Assembly: GCA_045105515.1 (NCBI GenBank)
Contig: JBGCDR010000077.1
Span: 1 to 20,650, forward strand
Direction of reading: 5' to 3'
Source of the DNA: Oligoflexales bacterium
GTDB taxonomy: Bacteria; Bdellovibrionota_B; Oligoflexia; Oligoflexales; Bog-1112
DNA: 20,650 bases
Shown here: positions 10,065 to 18,774 of the stretch, in pieces
Layout of the letters: each line of letters begins with the position of its first letter
Position numbering within the stretch: position 1 is the first letter of the stretch
Program-made: the position numbers and the translations under genes
The notes under the pieces: generated by a model
The model's database searches: none
The model's input: only the letters and a program-made list of their open reading frames with translations
Told to the model about the DNA's origin: nothing

Positions 10065-12908
10065 ATGACTGAAAAGTTTATTTCCATCAGGAAGAAGATG
10101 CTCCTGATCGTCTCACTGATTATTGCAGTCGCTGCTATATTTATGATCGTAGGCACTGCATGGTCAGGAAAAAATCGTTTTGAAAACGCAACTCAGAAAC
10201 AATTCGACCTTTCCATCAGCCTAACCAAGCTTACTATTAACCAACTCTTATCTGATGTCAAGACAGGGCTGAATGGACTAAATAACAACGCCGAACTCTC
10301 ACGAGACCTCATCACAACACTCACTGCACCAAAGCCCAGACGCAGAAATTTCTACAAATTTTTTTATTTGATATATGAATTTTCAAAAGATTATAGTCTA
10401 AGTCAAACCACTATCCACTTAAAATCCTCGGGAAGAGAAAATTTTCAAATATATTCCCTTTCAGATTTGGCTGCAGATAAAGTTCTAAGCTTTTCCACAA
10501 AGCTTGGAGAAAACGGCAAAAAACAAATCCAGCTTACTCGAGATAAATTTGGCTTCATTGGCCGTGATAAAGAAGCTGAAAAAATCACTGAATACAGCTT
10601 TCCTCATACTCTCCGCAATGATAAAACCCCAGCAATATTCCATACAAATGAAAAAAAACTCTTTTTTGACATTCAATACAATTTGGTCAATCACTTGATT
10701 GGCAAGAAAAAAGAAGATCAAGAAAGTGAAGAAGATAATCAAGAAGATAATGGGTTTGCTAGTCTAGGGATGACCTACGGAATCATCCGCACTTTTGCTG
10801 AATTGAAACCAAATTTTTTAGAGAATTTAGAAAAACAAGCTGGTGTTCACCTAGATATATTCTCAAACAGCGGGGCTCATCTTTTAGGAAATTTAAGCTC
10901 AAATCCATCAATGGATGAGTTAAAGGATGGTGAGTTTTTTTCCCTCCTATCACAAAAAAATAAATATATTAGTCAAGGGTCACCAATCGAAGTCGAAGGT
11001 AAAAAGGTCGGTTTTTTAGTCAGTTCAGTACCACAATCTCAATTAACAAGCGAAATCATTAGTATTGCTTTCCAACTCATCGCAATAATCTGCATCACCT
11101 GTAGTCTTGGGGTAATATTTATCAGCTTATTCTTAACTAAGACAATTACCAACCCACTTCTTCTTTTAGGGAAGTCGGTAAAAAAATTAGCTGCTGGAGA
11201 ACTTACTCACCAGGCAGCTATTACGATTCATGATGAAATAGGCTCACTGGCACTTTCAGTAAATAAAATGGCAAGCGATTTGAATGTCGCATTTCATACC
11301 ATTGAGGATCAAAAACATAATCTAGAACTCAGGGTTGAAGAACGAACCAAAGAGGTTCAGGAAAAAAGTCAAAATGTTCGGGTCATGCTGAGTAATCTCC
11401 AACAAGGGGTATTTATCCTTCTAGCTGGTAATTACATCGACAAAGAGTATTCCAATCATCTTTGTGAAATCATGGAAACCGACGATATTTCTGGAAATAA
11501 TCTGGAAGACTTTCTTCTTGAAAATAGCGACTTAAGTACGGATGCTAAGTCTGCTGTGACTGCAACCCTGGTTAACACCATTGGTGAAGAAACGATCATG
11601 TACGATCTTAATTATCCAAATTTGGTTACCGAGCTAGAAAAAAAGGTAAACAATAAATATAAGAGTTTAGAAGTAGACTGGAATCCCATTGTAAATGACG
11701 ATATTGTAAGTAAAATGATGGTCACTATCCGAGATGTCACTGAGCTTAAAAAACTGCAACTCCAAGCAATGAATCGAAGACGGGATTTGGAAATCATCGG
11801 TCAGATCATTGCAATCACTCCTGCTAAATTCAAGCAATTTATGACCGGATCTCACAAGTTGCTTGAGTCATCCCGTGAGATTTTAGAAAAATGTGACTCT
11901 CCTGATGACTTAAATGCACTCTTTCGCAACATGCACACAATTAAGGGAAATTCTAGGATTTACAATTTTACGATAATTTCAGACAAATCTCATCAAGTGG
12001 AAGTTATTCTCGATAAGTTGAGAAAAGATCCGCCCAAAATACTTCCAAAGGAACAACTCATTGCAGAATTCGACTCATTGAAAAATACCTTACAGCACCA
12101 TGAAAAAATCAATAGGGAAGATCTGGGTCGAGAAGCAAACTCTGAGCAAATTGACCCAGATTCTGTAATGGTACAACTTGATGTGGTGTCTGAAGCTCTC
12201 TCTCTTTTAAAAAATATCAACTCCAGTAGCATTGAAACTCTGCGTAACAACACAAGCTTAGTTATGCAACATTTACTTCGCATTGGCAGTCAACCCCTTT
12301 CCGAAATGATCTCGGGTGTAACAGAATCTATTCCATCGCTAGCAGAAGAGCTTGGTAAGTCAATTCCAGTTATCAAAATAGACAATACCTGCTTATTACC
12401 CAAATTAGCTATTTCCGAGCTCCTAAACGATATTTGTATGCACATATTTCGGAATGCTATCGATCACGGAATTGAACCTGAAAACGAGCGCAAAAAACTT
12501 GGAAAGCCCTCCCATGGTGCAATCAATTTATCAGTAAAGAATGACGGAGAAATGGTTGTCTTTCTCTTTTCTGACGACGGAGGTGGCTTAAATCTAAAAT
12601 TACTTATGGAAAGAGCACAGGAAAAAGGTCTACTGCAAAAAGAGGTTACTCTGAGTAATCAAGGAGCGGCAAATCTAGTATTCGTACCTTCAATATCCAC
12701 AGCGTCAAAGGTAACAAAAATATCAGGACGTGGGGTGGGTATGGACGCTGTCGCATCTTTTGTAAAGAATTATCATGGTGAAATAAAGCTGAATTTGCTT
12801 GGTGAGCTAAAAAATGAACGCATCCCTTTTGAAATAGAGATCCAGCTGCCGAAAAAGTACTTTACTGAAATCGAGCTAGAAAAGATGAGCGTTGCACTAG
12901 ATGCCTAA
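10065..12908 (+). CDS. Membrane-bound CheA-like histidine kinase (TM - extracytoplasmic sensor - TM - HAMP - PAS-like - Hpt - HATPase)
   Basis: AGGAG ribosome-binding site and two hydrophobic segments. HAMP (ITNPL...LAAGEL...DEIGSLALSVNKM), Hpt (LFRNMHTIKGNSR) and CheA-type ATPase boxes (HIFRNAIDHGIE, DDGGG, SGRGVGMDAV) are recognisable. Confidence 0.88.
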   Translation: MTEKFISIRKKMLLIVSLIIAVAAIFMIVGTAWSGKNRFENATQKQFDLSISLTKLTINQLLSDVKTGLNGLNNNAELSRDLITTLTAPKPRRRNFYKFFYLIYEFSKDYSLSQTTIHLKSSGRENFQIYSLSDLAADKVLSFSTKLGENGKKQIQLTRDKFGFIGRDKEAEKITEYSFPHTLRNDKTPAIFHTNEKKLFFDIQYNLVNHLIGKKKEDQESEEDNQEDNGFASLGMTYGIIRTFAELKPNFLENLEKQAGVHLDIFSNSGAHLLGNLSSNPSMDELKDGEFFSLLSQKNKYISQGSPIEVEGKKVGFLVSSVPQSQLTSEIISIAFQLIAIICITCSLGVIFISLFLTKTITNPLLLLGKSVKKLAAGELTHQAAITIHDEIGSLALSVNKMASDLNVAFHTIEDQKHNLELRVEERTKEVQEKSQNVRVMLSNLQQGVFILLAGNYIDKEYSNHLCEIMETDDISGNNLEDFLLENSDLSTDAKSAVTATLVNTIGEETIMYDLNYPNLVTELEKKVNNKYKSLEVDWNPIVNDDIVSKMMVTIRDVTELKKLQLQAMNRRRDLEIIGQIIAITPAKFKQFMTGSHKLLESSREILEKCDSPDDLNALFRNMHTIKGNSRIYNFTIISDKSHQVEVILDKLRKDPPKILPKEQLIAEFDSLKNTLQHHEKINREDLGREANSEQIDPDSVMVQLDVVSEALSLLKNINSSSIETLRNNTSLVMQHLLRIGSQPLSEMISGVTESIPSLAEELGKSIPVIKIDNTCLLPKLAISELLNDICMHIFRNAIDHGIEPENERKKLGKPSHGAINLSVKNDGEMVVFLFSDDGGGLNLKLLMERAQEKGLLQKEVTLSNQGAANLVFVPSISTASKVTKISGRGVGMDAVASFVKNYHGEIKLNLLGELKNERIPFEIEIQLPKKYFTEIELEKMSVALDA

Positions 12909-12936
12909 CAATTCAGTATTTTTTTACCGATTATCG

Positions 12937-14136
12937 TCAATATCCTGCCAACTTACGTTCAAGCAATTGATCCAACTCTGCTATCATTGTCATAGTCAGA
13001 TGATTTTCTTTAAGGGTCCACTCACCCAGTTGCTCTTGCTTAAACCTCTGCCAACTTCTTTGTGAATCGAAAGCTCCTGAATATAATTCCTCGTTTTTTA
13101 AATCTTTGGAAATAGTCTGATAAATTTCGGGCAAGATCTTATCAACAATTCTTAGCAATTTCAGGAGGGCAACTTTTTCTGAAGTCCGGAAGGACACTCT
13201 GCTCATATCTATGGTTTCTAAAGATTGCTTTCGTGCTTTTTTGACTTCACGACTGCTACCAGAACACCAAGTTTTAAATCTAAAATCCCTTAGCACTATT
13301 TCTTTTGGGGACATGTTAACTTGATTTTGAAACACAATGCTCCTCAACTGCCAAAGGGCAGAAGGGCTCAAATACTTATCTTCAAATTGGCTTTCAGCTT
13401 GCTGTTTTACTTTATAAAAAGGTTTATTGAATTTACGGTCCAAGTAGTAGAAATAAAGCAGCGGAGCCCCTGAAGATGCGGCACTCAGGGCACTAATACT
13501 TGCTGCAACTCCTACATTCAACCCATAACACCTTACTGCCCGCTTCGAAGATACCCAAATTTCCGTCAAAATCTCAATACCGACTATCTCACTGGTAAAT
13601 AACATCAGAGCCAAGGTGCATTGAATATGACAATTCCAATCTTGATTAGAAATTTCACTTTCTTTTTTTAGAAGAAAAGCCCTGATCTTTTGACCTAAAA
13701 TTTCAGAAATAAATTCTAGATGCAAGTTGCCCCCAGCTCCTTCACCTAAACTTGCATTGATTTGCTCGGAAGTACTTTCTTGCCATATTAGGTTATAGCG
13801 GGAAATTGGGGTACTCTGTAATATTTCTTCGAACCGGTTATATTTTACAACTTTTTGAGTCTTGTAAGCTTTGGTTTTGAGAAATTCCTGCATAAAAAGG
13901 AAAGTCTCATCTTCAAGTTGCACTCCATTGAAGGAACCTTTTCTCAAGAATTCTTTAACTTTATCGTCCTTTAAGAACATATCTTCTAACCTGAGCACTT
14001 CACTAACTGAAAGAAACGAAAACACTCTTCCGAGGATCTCGTCCGAAAAAGGAGTTAAGTTCCCTTCTGAAGCATTCGCTGCCGCTCCAATATTCCCTGC
14101 TAACAAGGTAAAAAATAGCACTACCTTTAATTTCAT
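12937..14136 (-). CDS. Secreted hypothetical protein with an N-terminal F-box-like motif
   Basis: 399-aa ORF with a GAGGG ribosome-binding site. Signal peptide MKLKVVLFFTLLAGNIGAAANA is followed by LTPFSDEILGRVFSFLSVSEVLRL. Confidence 0.7.
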   Translation of the reverse strand: MKLKVVLFFTLLAGNIGAAANASEGNLTPFSDEILGRVFSFLSVSEVLRLEDMFLKDDKVKEFLRKGSFNGVQLEDETFLFMQEFLKTKAYKTQKVVKYNRFEEILQSTPISRYNLIWQESTSEQINASLGEGAGGNLHLEFISEILGQKIRAFLLKKESEISNQDWNCHIQCTLALMLFTSEIVGIEILTEIWVSSKRAVRCYGLNVGVAASISALSAASSGAPLLYFYYLDRKFNKPFYKVKQQAESQFEDKYLSPSALWQLRSIVFQNQVNMSPKEIVLRDFRFKTWCSGSSREVKKARKQSLETIDMSRVSFRTSEKVALLKLLRIVDKILPEIYQTISKDLKNEELYSGAFDSQRSWQRFKQEQLGEWTLKENHLTMTMIAELDQLLERKLAGY

Positions 14137-14177
14137 TAGGCCCTCTAATTATTAAAATAACTATAAATTAATTCTGA

Positions 14178-14796
14178 TCACTCTTTCATATATTCAATGT
14201 TTATAAAAATTTGCTCAAGCTTACTTAGCCATCTATCAACAAGCTTAAATTCGATAGTGCCAAATAACTCCCTCTGTTTCCAAGCTTCAATAGTTTCTAG
14301 GAATTGTTCAGAATTATAAACACCTTTTTCTGTCGGATAAAAATCATTAATCGAACCATAAGCATCATTTAGGATAAGAGCAAAATTGGTATCTAAATAA
14401 GCAAGAGCGTATATTTGCGAATAATAGTGAGATTCATATGCGTTCTCACCAAATTTATCCAAGCTAAAAAGCATAGAAATAATTTTTCCCATCTCCCTTG
14501 TCGTTACGTTTTTTAGGTCTCTAAACCAATCATTATTCATCTTCATCACATAAGCTGAACATACTGTCGATAAATCTGCTAATTCTAGAAAAATCATTGT
14601 GAGAAAGAAAAGGCCACAGCTTTCGAGTGGAAGTCGTTTGATGTTCAATATGGACACAACGAGGGCTAAGTTCAAAACTGACCAAATTTTCTACAAAATA
14701 CCCTGAACTGCCACCTTCTAATTCAGATCTTAGCTTCGTACTACCATAGAGGTTTGCTGATGACAAAAGTTGTACTACCACTAACACCCATTTCAT
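14178..14796 (-). pseudogene. Frameshifted hypothetical exported protein split over two overlapping ORFs (pseudogene or sequencing error)
   Basis: The 5' frame starts at ATG 14796 (GAGG ribosome-binding site, signal-like MKWVLVVVQLLSSANLYG) and stops at 14533. The +1 frame is open from 14690 (KIWSVLNLALVV...) to 14178 and has no good start or ribosome-binding site of its own. Confidence 0.6.
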
Positions 14797-15082
14797 TTTA
14801 AACCTCAAAAACTACGAGTTGCAAAAACACCGTATTTACTATCAGAGGATTCAATAAAAGTGAAGATTTTATAAAGCTGTCGTTAATAGGTTCCCTTACT
14901 CGAACAAAGAATTTTGTAATTCGCTTCAAACATAATATATAGCGCTTATAAAAATAAGGGGCTTAATATCTCTGTCTTACCGTTTTTTTTATATTTTCGA
15001 GGTTTTGCACTTTGAGCATCGAGCTTTGAACTCTATAATGGCCATCAGGCACTGTTCCCATTGCTTGCAAGGATTAGTGAAT

Positions 15083-15991
15083 ATGAACCATCACCATCAC
15101 CATAGCCTTAAAGGCAAAAAACTTGCATGGACAATTGCACTCAATATGCTCATCACCCTATGCCAAACTGTTGCAGGGATTTTTTCGGGTAGCCTTTCTT
15201 TATTGAGTGACGCTTTACATAATTTTAGCGATGTTCTATCTCTTATTATTAGCTCAATTGCTGAGCGGCTTACCCAAAAAAAATTCAGCATGGATCAAAC
15301 CTTTGGCTATAAGCGCGCTGAAATAGTCGCTGCATTAATAAACGCCTCTACCCTCCTTGGGGTTGCATTTTTAATATGCAAAGAAGCGGTGGTAAGGTTT
15401 ATCCATCCAGAAGAAATCCACTCACCAACAGTTATAGCTCTCGCTGGACTTAGCATCTTAATTAACGCACTTAGCGTCTTGCTGCTTCAAAATGAGGCAA
15501 AAAAAAGCCTCAATATCCGTTCAGCTTACCTCCACCTTTTCTCAGATATGCTTACTTCCATTGTTGTTATGCTTGGAGGGATAGCCATATTCTGGCTCAA
15601 GGCCTACTGGATCGACAGCCTTCTATCGATTTTAATTGCAATATACCTAGTTTATTCTTCATGGCAGCTAGTGATGCAAACTCTGCGGGTTCTGATGCAG
15701 TTTACCCCAGCGCATTTATCAATTAAGGAAATAGAAACTGATGTTTTAAATTTTGAGCAAATTCAAAACATCCATCATGTCCACCTATGGCAATTAACGG
15801 ATCAAGACATCCATTTTGAAGCTCATTTAGATTTTTACAAGGACTTACCCTTAAGTGAAGCTTCTAAAATTCTGTCAGAAATTCGCAAACTTCTTGCTAG
15901 TAAGTTTAAGATTAAGCATTCGGTCCTCCAAGCTGAATATGGTGTTGATGACCCTAAACAGCTGGTTGCAGACCATTGCAACTTAAAATGA
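15083..15991 (+). CDS. czcD: Cation diffusion facilitator (CzcD/ZitB-like Zn/Co/Cd exporter)
   Basis: His-rich N-terminus MNHHHHH, SLSLLSDALHNFSD, TFGYKRAE, NIRSAYLHLFSD and IHHVHLW. The likely start is ATG at 15083 after AAGGA. Confidence 0.93.
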   Translation: MNHHHHHSLKGKKLAWTIALNMLITLCQTVAGIFSGSLSLLSDALHNFSDVLSLIISSIAERLTQKKFSMDQTFGYKRAEIVAALINASTLLGVAFLICKEAVVRFIHPEEIHSPTVIALAGLSILINALSVLLLQNEAKKSLNIRSAYLHLFSDMLTSIVVMLGGIAIFWLKAYWIDSLLSILIAIYLVYSSWQLVMQTLRVLMQFTPAHLSIKEIETDVLNFEQIQNIHHVHLWQLTDQDIHFEAHLDFYKDLPLSEASKILSEIRKLLASKFKIKHSVLQAEYGVDDPKQLVADHCNLK

Positions 15992-16585
15992 GGAACCAGG
16001 CTCCTTGAGGAAGCTTAACTCCTCCTCAGTACTTTCCCGAGCAAGAATCTCATTTCGATGGGGAAATCTTCCAAATCGTTCGATGATATCGTGATGTTTA
16101 ACAGCAAATTCATAAACGGACTCCATGACAGGTTTTGCATAGTCAGGGCATTTGTCTTTGAGGAGCTTAAAATGGTCCAGTCCTTGTTTCTGAGCGGCAA
16201 GATCTTCAGAATGCATGAAAGGCATGAGCGCAAATTGACCAAATACTGGCAGTACTTGTAAATACAATACTGAGTCTGCAAATAACTTGGCTACAGAGAG
16301 GGCCTTGGTATCAAAGTGAAAGGACTTAGCATGGCTCCGATAGATATTACGAGGAAATTGATCTAGCATAATGATCAGGGCCACACTCCCAAGGGGCTCA
16401 GAAATCCAGCGATCAAATGCGCCCATATATGCAGTATATAGGTACTCTGCAAATTTTTTTTTGACCACTTGATCAAACTCTTGGTCTTTTTTAAACCATC
16501 GGCTTGTGACTTCAGGCTTCACTTTCCCGTCCTCGCCGATTTCACCAAACCAAAATTCTAAAACTTTTTTTGCTAAAAACTCCAT
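15983..16585 (-). CDS. DUF924 family protein
   Basis: VLEFWFG, WFKKD..FD, IIMLDQFPRNIYR, MPFMHSED, HHDIIERFGRFPHRNEILARESTEEE and C-terminal PGSSF. Confidence 0.93.
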   Translation of the reverse strand: MEFLAKKVLEFWFGEIGEDGKVKPEVTSRWFKKDQEFDQVVKKKFAEYLYTAYMGAFDRWISEPLGSVALIIMLDQFPRNIYRSHAKSFHFDTKALSVAKLFADSVLYLQVLPVFGQFALMPFMHSEDLAAQKQGLDHFKLLKDKCPDYAKPVMESVYEFAVKHHDIIERFGRFPHRNEILARESTEEELSFLKEPGSSF

Positions 16586-16947
16586 GCAGTACAAACCTTT
16601 TCTACTTACTTTAATTCCACCACAATAGGAGACTATATACTCAAATCTAGCGTTTCATCAAGTCATCTCCGTTATCTGCAATACTGAAGTGCAGCAGAGC
16701 ACTGCCTTAATATCCGATTTTCTTGAAATTTTTAACACCTAAAAAAGCTAAACATAATTTAAAGTTATAAAACATATAGCATGCATAGGGTCGTTTTTAT
16801 ACCGGAAACATTTAATTATATTATATGTTTAGAAAAAAGTATTAGTTTAGGCAGGTAGAGTACCGAATAGAATACAGTAAGGTATGAACTAGTTTTCTAC
16901 ATGACAAGTTAGCCGAATTGATCAGCAATTTTTTGATCGGAAACACT

Positions 16948-17361
16948 ATGAATACGGAAAAAAGAAAAATAATTATAGCTGGGGATGATGAAAAATTACT
17001 AGAAACACTTTATTCGACCTTTGAGTCGGACTTTGAAGTGTTTTTAGCTAAGGACGAAAAAGAGGCATATGAAATATTTTTTCAAATAAGACCTTCGCTG
17101 ATTATCACTAGTTTTAAAATGAATATCATGGATGGAATAAATTTAACTAAAAAAATAAAGATGCTTTCTCCTAGCACTATCGTGTATTCAATTTGCAGCG
17201 AGAAAGAAACTATCGAACAGTCAGCAGAAGGCGGGCCTGATAAAATATTTGCAGAGAATGATTCTTCTTTATTTAATGAAGTCTGCAAATCGCTCGATAA
17301 TTACTCAGCTATAAACTCGTCACAATTCCCCCTGAAGATAGAAATACAGCTTGAAGCTTAA
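16948..17361 (+). CDS. Stand-alone receiver-like (REC) protein, atypical
   Basis: REC pattern KIIIAGDDEKL...FEVFLAKDEKEA...RPSLIITSFKMNIMDGINLTKKIK. The likely start is ATG at 16948. Confidence 0.8.
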   Translation: MNTEKRKIIIAGDDEKLLETLYSTFESDFEVFLAKDEKEAYEIFFQIRPSLIITSFKMNIMDGINLTKKIKMLSPSTIVYSICSEKETIEQSAEGGPDKIFAENDSSLFNEVCKSLDNYSAINSSQFPLKIEIQLEA

Positions 17362-17575
17362 TCCCAATCCGAAATTTTGATTATCCCTGTCATCCCCAAT
17401 TAAAGCTTTTTAGTAGATATCCCTCAAGTGTAGTTGTAAAATCCTGCAAAACTTTCAGGAGGTGACTTTTTTACGGCATTTGAGAATTATTTCCTGGATT
17501 CCTCCAAGAAATTTGTTAATTTCGTGACCTACATTAGACCTGCGGATATGACTATTTTTTGAAAAGGATAATAGG

Positions 17576-18439
17576 ATGAAAAAAAATTCATTAGTAAATA
17601 ATGCCTTTTTAATAGTATTGCTGCTAGTTTCTTTTTCCATATTTGGGGAAACTACAGATACATTAATTAAGCATTACTGGCTTAAGCAAGAGCGTAGTTA
17701 TTCTTTTAATAGTGGAAAAATAACGAAAATTGCCTTAGTCCTTTCGACGATTTTAGGGGGGCATGTTAAAGCTTTGGATTGCAATGTTTGTCGAAACGGA
17801 GGAGAAATTACTAATCCAGAAAATGAATTTACCATGACAAACTCAGCAGGTGAGGAGACTACCTGGACTTGCGGTTTTTTACAAGAATCCATGGCAGATG
17901 TAAAAGCTACAGGTGGAGCCCCTGGTGAAGCACGCTGGTGTGCCTTAGGGCAACTTTGGGCAGACAAGGAATGTTCATGCAGTGGAGACCCAGTACCAAC
18001 ACAACCACCAAAGGACCCCAATCCATCTTGTGATTTGTGCAAATCTCTCTCAGGTCAAGAAGCTTACGATTTTAACTACGTGCCCGTGGAATTGGAAGAA
18101 GAGCTTGTAGAAACCGAATTTTTCGGACGAATACCGTGTGGTGGCCTATATCTTGCTTTAGCTGAAGGAGTTATTAGTAATGATATTTGTCCGATATTGC
18201 GTGAGAAAGTTGGCAAACTCTGCTGTAATGCTCCTTTTTTAGATAAGGGTGACAATGAAGAATATTCATGTGGTAAGCTGCACGCCAATTGTTCTTCGCA
18301 GGCTTGCTGTTCTGCATTCACATGTAAAAGTAGATTTCTTGGCAGAGATCCCATTTGCTCATCTAAATCGAAAGGTCGGACAAGGCTTGGTTCAGGGTTT
18401 GGAGGAGCTGGTGGAAGGCAAAGGCATCAAGAAAATTAA
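17576..18439 (+). CDS. Secreted cysteine-rich protein: two 6-Cys domains and a C-terminal knottin-like 6-Cys module
   Basis: AAGGA ribosome-binding site and a signal peptide. 18 Cys in three groups of six, a Pro-rich linker and a Gly/Arg-rich tail. Confidence 0.8.
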   Translation: MKKNSLVNNAFLIVLLLVSFSIFGETTDTLIKHYWLKQERSYSFNSGKITKIALVLSTILGGHVKALDCNVCRNGGEITNPENEFTMTNSAGEETTWTCGFLQESMADVKATGGAPGEARWCALGQLWADKECSCSGDPVPTQPPKDPNPSCDLCKSLSGQEAYDFNYVPVELEEELVETEFFGRIPCGGLYLALAEGVISNDICPILREKVGKLCCNAPFLDKGDNEEYSCGKLHANCSSQACCSAFTCKSRFLGRDPICSSKSKGRTRLGSGFGGAGGRQRHQEN

Positions 18440-18484
18440 GACAAGCCTCTCATCCTATCATCACTAATGCCTTTCTTAGTAAGG

Positions 18485-18531
18485 TTAAGGGGATCTCCCT
18501 CAAGTATAAGAGGGAAAACAAGATACCTTAA
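18485..18531. other. Imperfect stem-loop between convergent genes, possibly a terminator
   Basis: Inner stem TCCCTC-AAGTATAA-GAGGGA with imperfect outer pairing TTAAGG(G)GATCT / AGATACCTTAA. A T-run follows shortly downstream. Confidence 0.3.
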
Positions 18532-18774
18532 GATGATCTTTTTTCGTTCGGTAGTTAAACTTGCGAGATAGATGAAGTAATATTTTATGATAAATAATGA
18601 AATATTTTACACAAAAAGAAAGTTAAGCTCAAACCTGCCACACAGTGAATCTTGGTCCATTAATCGGGATTCTGTGGTCCATTTGGCCCATTGATCGCAT
18701 TTCAATTTGTATTTATTCGGACTACCATTCGTTTGATGGAATGGATGAGCAAATTAGACAATAATAAAAATAAC

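Noticed and set aside
15005..15082. Cys/His-containing N-terminal extension of the CDF transporter (HCSHC)
   Set aside because: It looks like a possible metal site, but the region contains a promoter-like TTGAGC-N16-TATAAT and the ribosome-binding site precedes ATG 15083, so it is probably untranslated.
18652..18700. Short imperfect direct repeats (TGGTCCATT / TGGCCCATT) considered as a CRISPR or iteron array
   Set aside because: Only three 9-mers with irregular short spacing, no spacer structure and no cas genes.
18606..18752. Short minus-strand open stretch after the GH99 gene (...GSPNKYKLKCDQWAKWTTESRL...) as a possible gene remnant
   Set aside because: Under 50 codons, with no convincing start or ribosome-binding site and no identifiable similarity.
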